Origin: Macrostomum lignano
Lineage: Eukaryota
Direction: 5' to 3'
NCBI GenBank assembly: GCA_002269645.1
Contig: NIVC01000797.1
Coordinates: forward strand, 186,001 to 250,000
DNA: 64,000 bases
A model generated the notes under the pieces. The model was not told where the DNA came from. It ran no database searches and worked only from the letters and a program-made list of their open reading frames with translations. This document shows, in pieces, positions 24,801-35,445 of the stretch (position 1 is the first letter of the stretch; each line of letters begins with the position of its first letter). The translations under genes and the position numbers were made by a program.

Positions 24801-27800
24801 GTTGTCTATGACTGATTAGGTAGTTGTCTATGACTGATTAGGTAGTTGTCTATGACTGATTAGGTAGTTGTCTATGACTGATTAGGTAGTTGTCTATGAC
24901 TGATTAGGTAGTTGTCTATGACTGATTAGGTAGTTGTCTATGACTGATTAGGTAGTTGTCTATTACTGATTAGGTAGTTGTCTATGACTGATTAGGTAGT
25001 TGTCTATGACTGATTAGGTAATTATCTATGACTCAAGACTCAAATCATGAGTTGTCTTAAGCCAAATACTGAAGCATGTTTCATTGGCCAGCATATACAG
25101 TATTGCTTCGTTTTTTCAGTTAGAGGCAGGGGGTTGTGTGCACCCTGGCGCACTTTAAGCGACATTGTCACACAACCGGCGAGAGGCATTGCTGCCCATT
25201 TCGCCGACTCCCCTGAGCAGGCACACAAGCGCGCGTATACGTACGCAGTCACACGCACAGGCACACACTCACACAGGAGTGTACAGCGGCCCTAACTTTA
25301 TTTATCGTTAGGCATGTACACTTCACTGTGCTTTGAAGGCTTGGCCCTCAAGGCCGTTAAGCGGAGCCAAGCCGAGATTCCAATTTAGCCCCAAATTAAT
25401 GTGACTGCACTTGGAATCGAGCCTGGGACCGCTGGCACGTCAGAACGCCGCGCCAGACCACTGGGCTACGGACCCAATCTATATTACTTGGTTAGGTATT
25501 ATAAAATGCAGCTGGGAACTTATGACACTTTTGCTAACAGTGTCACTAATGCAAAAAAACTTCGCAGAGCCAGTACAAAGCTCAACTGGATCGCTGCTTT
25601 CTAAGCGAGGCGTCAAAAGCTGTCCTTCAAGACGCGTTTTGGCATCACTTTCTGGACCATTACGGTCAGGACTATGATAAGCCGGAGATGCCCAGGTTTT
25701 ACAATCGCATCGCTCATAACTACTCGCAGATGCTGTTCATGATCAAGGTGGAACATTTTCGCGATGCGTTTCTCAAGGTTGGATAAGCTTTTTCTGTGCC
25801 CTATGCTTTTTTGATGACACCTTTATCTAGCAGGTAGACAACAAGTAGACTGTTAGACAACAGGTAGTCTAACAGGTAGACACACCCCTGTCTAACAGGT
25901 GGACACTCCTGTCTAACAGGTGGACACTCCTGTCTAACAGGTGGACACTCCTGTCTAACAGGTGGACACTCCTGTCTAACAGGTAGACAACCCCTGTCTA
26001 ACAGGTGGACACTCCTGTCTAACAGGTGGACACTCCTGTCTAACAGGTGGACACTCCTGTTTAACCGATGGACACTCCTGTCTAACAGGTCCCCGTCCAG
26101 TCTAACAGCAGGTCCCAGTCCAGGATAGACACTCCTGTCTAACAGGTCCCAGTCCAGGATAGACACTCCTGTCTAACAGGTCCCAGTCCAGGATAGACAC
26201 TCCTGTCTAACAGGTCCCAGTCCAGGATAGACACTCCTGTCTAACAGGTCCCAGTCCAGGATAGACACTCCTGTCTAACAGGTCCCAGTCCAGTCTAACG
26301 GGTCCCAGTCCAGTCTAACAGGTCCCAGTCGAGTCTAACATGTCCCAGTCCAGTCTAACAGGTCCCAGTCCAGTCTAACAGGTCCCAGTCCAGTCTAACA
26401 GGTCCCAGTCCAGTCTAACAGGTCCCAGTCCAGTCTAACAGGTCCCAGTCCAGTCTAACAGGTCCCCGTCCAGTCTAACAGCAGGTCCCAGTCCAGGATA
26501 GACACTCCTGTCTAACAGGTCCCAGTCCAGTCTAACGGGTCCCAGTCCAGTCTAACGGGTCCCAGTCCAGTCTAACAGGTCCCCGTATAGTCTAACAGCA
26601 GGTCCCAGTCCAGGATAGACACTCCTGTCTAACAGATCCCAGTCCAGTCTAACAGGTCCCAGTCCAGTCTAACGGGTCCCAGTCCAGTCTAACAGGTCCC
26701 AGTCCGTCTAACATGTCCCAGTCCAGTCTAACAGGTCCCACTTCAGTCTAACAGGTCCCCGTATAGTCTAACAGCAGGTCCCAGTCCAGGATAGACACTC
26801 CTGTCTAACAGATCCCAGTCCAGTCTAACAGGTCCCAGTCCAGTCTAACGGGTCCCAGTCCAGTCTAACAGGTCCCAGTCCGTCTAACATGTCCCAGTCC
26901 AGTCTAACAGGTCCCACTTCAGTCTAACAGGTCCTGCTCCTGTCTAAATCCCTACCGCCATTGCAGAGCTACCCCAGCCTGCTCTCCCAGGCGGTGTACA
27001 GCGCCTACTGCAACGCATTTCCGCACAGCTATAGCAAATTCCAAGCCGAATTCAAAGAAGGCATCGTGTGCCTGGTACACCGATGGCTGACCGGTCTGCA
27101 ACCCCGGTGCCGCCTGTGGCTGGACTGGAACAAGGACGCTCTGGAGCCGAGCGTCATTCGCCATAGAGAGGAATTGCTCAAAGCCGAAAGCGAGAAAAAA
27201 GGTTAGATAAAGTTTAGAATGTTGATTTTTGTCTACCGATATGTTGCGTAGTAAAGATTTAAGATAATTCAATTTAATAAGAATTTTGTATGTCTGTCTA
27301 CTCCAACGGGGGTCATGAATATGTATTTTTCTCGGAGACAGTCAACTGACCTCCCTAAACCCCCTCCTCCCCTGCGAATCCGCCACATCAGTGTGACTGT
27401 GACCTAAGTTATTCATCTAAAATAAACCACAGATACTAGAATAACTAGATGGGCCACTCAGCACATTTGCGTGTAAGCTACTGTCAGTTCAGTTAGCAAG
27501 TTAAGCAGAAGCATTTTATTGTTTTTTAAAGCCAATGCTCATTTATTGGCTCTTACCCTCACAACTTAAACCCTCCAACCGCGCCTACCACACTACCCCC
27601 GCCCCGCCCGCCCGAATTTTTATTGCCTTTCTCGGAATTCCAGCCTAAAGCTGCCATGTACATTTCAGTGGACTGGCCAATGTACATTATTGCTAAACCA
27701 ATTAGCAAGCTGTTTACGCCTGCAAGCTTGGGCTTCTAAATTTATCAAAGTCATTTCAGCTGCCTTTATTTTTATAAAACAGCTTATGTATTCTTCTTTG

Positions 27801-30656
27801 CTACTGAACTGAAAGTAGAAAGCCGTTTTACTAAGTAAATGTGCCTGAGTGGCCCATCTAGTTATTTTATTAAAACCTAATAATGCAATCAACTAATGCA
27901 AAGTAAAGCGCTACTCAAACTCAAATCAAATCAATCAGTCAGCAAGGCGATACTCAGGCAACGTAAAATTAAGCAACACTACAAAGGTAAGTTCGTAGCT
28001 CCCTTTGGTATCCGATTTGATAAGCATGCTACTCTATCTTGTATTCGCACCTCTACACTCGAGTTAACAACCTGATATGTACATGAAAGTCACGAAATTG
28101 TTCATGGTATCAATTGACAGCTCGCATTGCAATACAGCATTCATTTGTGAACACAAATTTGTTATTTAAGTTCAATTATTATACAACTGGCACTGGCGCG
28201 CACCGTTACCTGCATATTTCTTTTATAACTCGCAGTCATATAGAATAAAATGTTATACTGGTTGCCAGCTGCTGCAGAGCAGTTAGAAATAAAGCCCTTA
28301 GTTATTTTGTACCTCGTATTAGTATGTAAATAATTACACAAATATGCAAATAATTTCATCCATCATGATGTTGGCTAGACTAGCAATCCATTCTATTCCT
28401 TCATCCTTCATGATGTTGGCTAGACTAGCAATCCATTCTATTCCTTCATCCTTCATGTTATTGTCTAGATTAGCAATCCATTCTATTCCTTCATCCTTCA
28501 TGATGTTGATTAGACTAGCAATCCATTCTATTCCTTCATCCTTCATGATGTTGGCTAGACTAGCAATCCATTCTATTCCTTCATCCTTCATGATGTTGAT
28601 TAGACTAGCAATCCATTCTATTCCTTCATCCTTCATGATGTTGGCTAGACTAGCAATCCATTCTATTCCTTCATCCTTCATGATGTTGGCTAGACTAGCA
28701 ATCCATTCTATTCCTTCATCCATCATGATGTTGGCTAGACTAGCAATCCATTCTATTCCTTCATCCATCATGATGTTGGCTAGACTAGCAATCCATTCTA
28801 TTCCTTCATCCTTCATGATGTTGGCTAGACTAGCAATCCACCGCACTCCCCCGCCGGCAGACACCTTCCAGCTGCTGGACAAGGCTCTTGTTCAGAGCGG
28901 CAGCTCAGCTCCAAACGACTCAGCCACGCAGATAGCAGGGGAAGCCACAACGTCTGCTGTCAGTCTTCAGCAGCAGCAAGGGCTGCTTCAGAGTCGCTCA
29001 AAGGCTACAAACTTGACCGCTCGATCGCTAGCTAAATCCGGTTCTTCGATGAAGTCTCCCAGTGCTGCCCGGCTGTCGACGGGCAAAAAGGTGGGTTAGG
29101 GCTTTGATGCCATCTATGCTTTGTATCCTATTGCTTAAGAATATAATCTGTTACAGATAAAAAAATGAATTACTATAAAAGTTATAGTCATCAGCTTCTT
29201 GGTGCAACTTTTTTAGCTAGTGAAACGTACTAAAAGTAGTGTAAAATGCTAAATTGTAACTATTTTGGCCCCCAAAGGCAATGAAATGATAAAAATTGCT
29301 AAATATTAACTATTTTAGCTACTGAAGCCTACTAACAGTAGCATAAACTGCTAAACTAAACTAAAACCCGAAAATGGCACTGCCAAATCTGTTTAGAATG
29401 CACATTTAACTGGGAAAAAATGATATACCCCTATCTTCTATGCGAAACCCTCCAAGCAGGAGTCGCATCCCCTTGGCCCGGGCCCAACCGAACGGCATTT
29501 GGTATTCAACACGAACGGCCGGTCGCCAATGGTGCGCCAGTTTCTCTCCCGGCATCGTCTGCTGTCCGAGGCCGGCACCGATGCCCTGGTCGGCCGGCTT
29601 GAACTGCGCGACCTGCCAGCGATGGACGCGCCGACCTACGCTGAATTTTTGGCCACCGAGACGCAGAAACAGGCGGCCGAATCTGCGGCGTTCAGGGCGA
29701 AGCGACGGCGAGGCGAGGCGGCTCTGCTGGCACAGTTAGTGTCGCTTGGTTTTGCGCTGCAATTCTCTACTGTTTTTGTGCCTGTTTCTTACTGTATTCT
29801 GCCTGTTTTTTACTGTATGCTGCCTGTTTCTTACTGTATTCTGCCTGTTTCTTACTGTATTCTGCCTGTTTTTTACTTTATGCTGCCTGTTTCTTACTGT
29901 ATTGTCTGTTTCTTACTGTATTCTGTCTGTTTTTTACTGTAGTCTGTTCCTTCGTTTTTTTACTGTTTTTTACTGTATTCTGTCTGTTTCTTACTGTATT
30001 CTCCCTGTTTTTTTACTGTATTCTGTCTGTTTCTTACTGTATTCTGTCTGTTTCTTACTGTATTCTGTCTGTTTCTTACTGTATTCTGTCTGTTTCTTAC
30101 TGTATTCTGCCTGTTTTTACTGTAGTCTGTTCCTTCGTTTTTTTACTGTTTTTTTACTGTATTCTGTCTGTTTCTTACTGTATTCTGCCTGTTTTTACTG
30201 TATTCTGTCTGTTTTATACTGTATGCTGTCTGTTTCTTACTGTATTCTGCCTGTTTTTTACTGTAGTCTGTCTGTTTTTTACTGTAATTCTGTCTGTTTC
30301 TTACTGTATTGTCTGTTTCTTACTGTATTCCGTCGGTTTCTTACTGTATTCTGCCTGTTATTACTGTGCTGTAGACAGCAGAATGGGCAGAATTGCCTCA
30401 GCCCTCCTGCGACAACTAATTATAAACTAATCTCCACCCCATCTCCCCTCGCAGGCAGAAGCGCCACATCGAGCACTCGCGCGCCCTGGACCGCGCCCGC
30501 GACGCCCTCCTGGCTGACCGAGGCGAAGTCGGCCGACTGGCTGACCTCATCCTCCGAGAGAGCCAACGCCAACCAGACGACGAACCAGTTGGCGCCGCCG
30601 CCGCTGTCGAAACGGCGCTCATCCAGCGAAGCCGACGCGCCGGCGCCGCCTCTTGA
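21813..30656 (+). CDS. FAM227: FAM227-family protein; join(21813..21933,22550..22705,24140..24261,24498..24608,25568..25777,26967..27201,[27939..27986],28861..29090,29460..29734,30455..30656), 553 aa (569 aa with the bracketed exon)
   Basis: Segments [44 protein letters not shown]...[29 protein letters not shown]...WLTGL and ESHPLGPGP...FNTNGRSPM occur in FAM227A/B order. All introns are GT-AG with consistent phases. An upstream exon is possible. Confidence 0.88.
22050..22487. repeat. 20-nt purine-rich minisatellite (GAGTGAATGAGAGATGCAGG), FAM227 intron 1
   Basis: Direct tandem periodicity. Confidence 0.95.
22735..23495. repeat. ~38-41-nt minisatellite (TGGATCAATCTTTGGTGCTACAAAGACCCCTCATCCTT), FAM227 intron 2
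   Basis: Tandem periodicity with variant units. Confidence 0.95.
24330..24405 (+). other. Degenerate tRNA-like/SINE-head fragment in FAM227 intron 3
   Basis: GC-rich island containing GGTCGCGAGTTCGATCCC (B-box-like). No convincing cloverleaf by eye. Confidence 0.3.
24762..25032. repeat. 22-nt minisatellite (GATTAGGTAGTTGTCTATGACT), ~12 copies
   Basis: Near-perfect tandem periodicity. Confidence 0.95.
25120..25475 (-). mobile_element. tRNA-derived SINE, copy 2
   Basis: Homologous to 10185-10544. A-box TAGCCCAGTGG and B-box-like GGCTCGATTCC on the - strand. Degenerate TSD TATTGCTTCGTT / TATTACTTGGTT. Confidence 0.82.
25830..26945. repeat. Compound 20-21-nt minisatellite (CTGTCTAACAGGTGGACACTC grading into CCAGTCCAGTCTAACAGGTC) filling FAM227 intron 5
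   Basis: Tandem periodicity with a shared TCTAACAGGT core. Confidence 0.95.
27440..27866. mobile_element. Fold-back / MITE-like element, 427 bp
   Basis: ~30-bp inverted repeats AATAACTAGATGGGCCACTCAG-CACATTT (27440-27468) / AAATGTGCCTGAGTGGCCCATCTAGTTATT (27837-27866), differing by one indel. TSD ambiguous. Confidence 0.7.
28355..28840. repeat. 45-nt minisatellite (CATGATGTTGGCTAGACTAGCAATCCATTCTATTCCTTCATCCTT), ~11 copies
   Basis: Near-perfect periodicity, ending ~20 nt before the acceptor at 28860. Confidence 0.95.
29765..30370. repeat. ~21-nt minisatellite (ACTGTATTCTGTCTGTTTCTT) in the last FAM227 intron
   Basis: Tandem periodicity. Confidence 0.95.
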
Positions 30657-31159
30657 GAGGCCGATAGAAACTTTATTTTTATATGTAGAGTACAAGTTGC
30701 ACTTTTCGAATTATTTACCTGTCGGGAATTTCAAACTATATGTACTATAAATATTCTATCAGTAGTATGCCGAGTGAGATTGAGTTCACGAACTTCCGTT
30801 TGTATTGATTACAATTCAATACAAAATTGAACTTGATAGTTGGTACAGGACAAAATGTACTTTTATAATATTTGATAACAGAGTTCTTGATGTACTTGTG
30901 AAAAAAAAACTTTTCACTGTATTGCCACAAAGCAGAGAGCTTTGAAATTTTGTTCCGTCCGTCATGAAGACTTAGAGCCCTGTTTTTACTACTGCTGTGA
31001 TATCGTAAAAGTAGCCGATGTAGAGCGCACCGTGTGATTTTTAAGAAATAAATTTCTTTTGTTTTTTTTATTTTTAGCGTGCGAAATTCCTATTAAATAG
31101 TAAATCGCATTAATGTTTTATTTTTACTTTTTTCAGTGCGTTTAATCCGCATGTTGATA

Positions 31160-31660
31160 ATCTCATCCCTAAGAGCCATGCCAACGATATCTCATTCTTG
31201 AGAAACATGACAATGATAATCTCAACCCTCAGAACTATGCCAATGATAATCTCATCCCTGAGAACAATGCCAATGATAATCTCATCCCTGAGAACAATGG
31301 CAATGATAATCTCATCCCTGAGAACAATGGCAATGATAATCTCATCCCTGAGAACTATGCCAATGATAAACTCATCCCTGAGAACAATGGCAATGATAAT
31401 CTCATCCCTGAGAACCATGCCAATGATAATTTCATCCCTGAGAAACATGAGAAAGATAATCTCATCCCTGAGAACCATGCCAATGATAATCTGATAGTCT
31501 AATCTGATAATGATAATCTAACCTAGGCAATGATAATGTCTTTATTGAGAACTTCGGCAATGAGAAAAAAGAATCTCATCTCTCAGATCTTCGGCAATGA
31601 TAATATCTATTCTGCGAACTTTGGCAATGAGTATCTCATCTCTGAGAACCTCGACGAAGA
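31160..31660. repeat. 30-nt minisatellite (GAGAACAATGCCAATGATAATCTCATCCCT)
   Basis: Tandem periodicity with degenerate edges. Confidence 0.9.
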
Positions 31661-32556
31661 TAATCTATTGTAATAGTACTTTAGTACTGTAGGAAACCTG
31701 CGACAAAATGTTGCATTAACGAACTGTTACGATATATACATTTAGCTCGTAGTTAGCATGGCCACAGGGCCCTTCAACCTTGCTTGGCTAGGCTGCTAGT
31801 TAAGGTAAACCAATTTTGGCAATAAAATTTTCGCCAGCTACAACTGCTTCTATTAAAATATGATTTTTTCTTGTTCGTTTTTCGCCGAACTAAGTTGTGC
31901 TTTATCCTCTTGTCTTGGCTTGGCTCTGGAATTGGACGCAGAGAGAAGGAAGGGGGCAAAGCGAGTTGAATTGATTCTATTTTTAGACTGAACAGTGAAG
32001 GCCACGCTTGGGGGCTTGGGGGGTTCAGCTGAGGACATTGCGCAGCGACTTGTAAAAGACTAGGGGGGAGGGAGGGGGAGGGGTTCTCTCTTCTCTGCCC
32101 CCTCTGACACCGCGCGCGCCCCGCCACCCCACCACCCCTCCCACTGCCGCCGCGAGTGTAATGGAGTTGGAAAAATTGAGGACGGTGGGGGGAGGGTTGG
32201 GCCTGAAGCCCGCTCGCCAGTGTTATAGGGGAATGGGGTAACCCCATCCACCCCACCCGGGTTACCTCATTTGACCCCGTATGCTCTCCCGCTCAGTTTT
32301 GAACCGAAGAGAGCCAATGAATGCGTGGCCGTGGCCTCACCTCGCTTGGTTCGCTTTTCCCCAGATATTTTCTATGCTATATAAACTTCTTTTAGTGTAT
32401 TATACATATCCTACTAGAGATCTCCGATAAACTCAGAGGATTTTTAGAGGGCATACAATCCTTCAACTAGACCTTATTACCCGGTGCTAGTCCTAAAAAA
32501 ACATGTAATTTCTGTTTAAATTGTGTCTTCAATTTGGCTTGGATTCTATCGTTAAG

Positions 32557-35255
32557 ATGTCGGCATTAACAGTAAGTAAATTTGAAATATTTATGAGAAT
32601 GATATTCTAACAATAAATCCCCACTAAACCCACCCTGATACTCCACTAAACCCCCCCTGATACTCCAATAAACCCGCCCCTGATACTCCACTAAACCCGC
32701 CCCTGATACTCCACTAAACCCGCCCCTGATACTCCACTAAACCCGCCCCTGATACTCCACTAAACCCGCCCCTGATACTCCAATAAACCCGCCCCTGATA
32801 CTCGACTAAACCCGCCCCTGATACTCCAATAAACCCGCCCCTGATACTCCACTAAACCCGCCCCTGATACTCCACTAAACCCGCCCCTGATACTCCACTA
32901 AACCCGCCCCTGATACTTCCCTAAACCCGCCCCTGATACTCGACTAAACCCGCCCCTTATATTTCCCTAAACTCGCGCCTGATGCTCCACTAACCCCCCC
33001 CCCTCTGATACTCCTCTAAAACCGCCCCTGATACTCCCTTAAACCCGCCCCTGATACTTTACTAAACCCGCCCCTGATACTCCACTTAACCTGCCTCTGA
33101 TACTCCACTAAATCCGCCTCTGATACTCCACTAAACCCGCCTCTGATACTCCACTAAACCCGCCTCTGATACTCCACTAAACCCGCCTCTGATACTCCAC
33201 TAAACCCGCCCCTGACACTTACTTGAAAACCGCCCCTGATACTCCCTTAAACCCGCCCTTGATACTCCACTAAACCTGCCTCTGATACTCCACTAAACCC
33301 GCCTCTGATACTCCACTAAACCCGCCTCTGATACTCCACTAAACCCGCCTCTGATACTCCACTAAACCCGCCCCTGATACTCCACTAAACCCGCCTCTGA
33401 TACTCCACTAAACCCGCCTCTGATACTCCACTAAACCCGCCCCTGATACTCCACTAAACCCGCCCCTGATACTCCACTAAACCCGCCCCTGATACTCCAC
33501 TAAACCCGCCTCTGATACTCCACTAAACCCGCCCCTGATACTCCACTAAACCCGCCCCTGATACATGTATTTCTAGATGTGATTTTCATTGTCATTTTAC
33601 AAGACGTTCTGACAACAGAATAGGCAAAGCAAAGGAAAAAATGTGCCCCTCTGAACCAGCCTTGCTTCTCATTTTTTGTTTTGTAATTATTTTCAGAAGG
33701 ATTCTGGTCAACTATACTCAAGGTCTTAGTCATGGATTTTTTTACCTTCGAACCAAACCTTGCTAAATTGGAACCATGAGTTTTGATTTTATCTTGCTTT
33801 ATATTGCATTTAACCTTCCCATGTAACCTTAGCAACAAGACGGCAGTGATGTCATAAAAAACTTTAACAATAAAAATCAACAAAGCCATTAAAGTCATAA
33901 ATCAAAAGTCTTGAAACTTATGGCTCTTGAAAATTTACATATGCGAGCTAGAATTCAACATTTGTAGCAAAGTTCCTAATGCTCTTTTGTTTGAGAGCCA
34001 TCTCGTTAAAATATTGGAGCTTTTTATAGACCGAGATCTACTTGACATTGTTTTATTGCCACCGCTGCTTAAACTCTGAACTTCCATTCTTTCAGTGCAG
34101 TCATTAAATTATCCCCTTCCTTTCGTTTCTCCCTTTATAAACTCTCCGTTCCTTTATCCTCTCTCCCTCCATCATCTCTCCCTCCCTCATTTCTCCCTCC
34201 CTCATCTCTCCCTCCCTTATCTCTCCCTCCCTCATCTCTGACTCTCCCTCCCTTATCTCTCCCTCCCTCATCTCTCCCTTATCTCTCCCTCCCTCATCTC
34301 TCCCTCCCTTATCTCTCCCTCCCTCATCTCTCCCTCCCTCATCTCTCCCTCTATCATCTCTCCGTCCCTCATCTCTCCCTCCCTCATCTCTCCATCCCTC
34401 ATCTCTATCTCCCTTATCTCTCCCTCTCTCATCTCTCCCTCCCTCATCTCTCCCTCTATCATCTCTCCGTCCCTCATCTCTCCCTCCCTCGTCTCTCCCT
34501 CCCTCATCTCTCCATCCCTCATCTCTCCCTCTATCATTTCTCCGTCCCTCATCTCTCCCTCCCTCATCTCTCCATCCCTCATCTCTATCTCCCTTATCTC
34601 TCCCTCTCTCATCTCTCCCTCCCTCATCTCTCCCTCTATCATCTCTCCGTCCCTCATCTCTCCCTCCCTCGTCTCTCCCTCCCTCATCTCTCCATCCCTC
34701 ATCTCTCCGTCCCTTATCTCTCCGTCCCTCACACCCCTACCTCTCTCATCTCTCCCTCCCCGTCTCTCCCTACCTCCCTCCCGCCCTCACCTCTCCCTCC
34801 TGAATCATCCTACATGAATTTATGAACTCAAAGCCGCTTCTATATCAAGGTTGTTGCCACATCAACCGATTTCCTACTCCCACCTCTTCCACCCTCCCTA
34901 AGCCTCAACCATCACCCGCCGGAGGACCCGCCTGCGACCACAACGACATCGTGAACTTGAATGTCGGCGGTCGTCACTTCAGCACAACCCGGGGTACCCT
35001 TTGCCGCGACCCCGACTCCATGCTGGCTGCCATGTTCGGCGGCCGCTTTCTGCCCGGCGTGCGCGACAGCGACGACCGCGTCTTCATCGACAGAGATGGC
35101 GATGTGTTCTGTCACGTGATCAACTACCTGAGATCCATGCGGCTGCAGGTCTGTCTGTCTGCCTGTCTGTGTGTCTGTGTGTCTGTCTGTCTGTCTGTCT
35201 GTGTGTGTCTGTCTGTGTGTCTGTGTGTGTCTGTCTGTGTGTCTGTCTGTGTGTG

Positions 35256-35286
<31 letters not shown>

Positions 35287-35407
35287 GTGTGCGTCTGTCT
35301 GTGTGTCTGTCTGCCTGTCTGTGTGTCTGTCTATCTGTGTTTGTGTGTCTGTCTGTCTGTGTGTGTGTGTGTTTGTCTGTCTGTCTGTCTGTCTGTGTGT
35401 GTGTGTC

Positions 35408-35445
<38 letters not shown>

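Noticed and set aside
13075-33562. Telomere-like CCCTAAA/CTAAACCC motifs in two 23-nt arrays
   Set aside because: Embedded in longer units, with no tandem TTAGGG or TTTAGGG runs
34822-34902. ATG 34822 as the KCTD start
   Set aside because: It lies in a pyrimidine tract ending in an in-phase acceptor; a spliced start at 32557 fits better, but 34822 is not excluded
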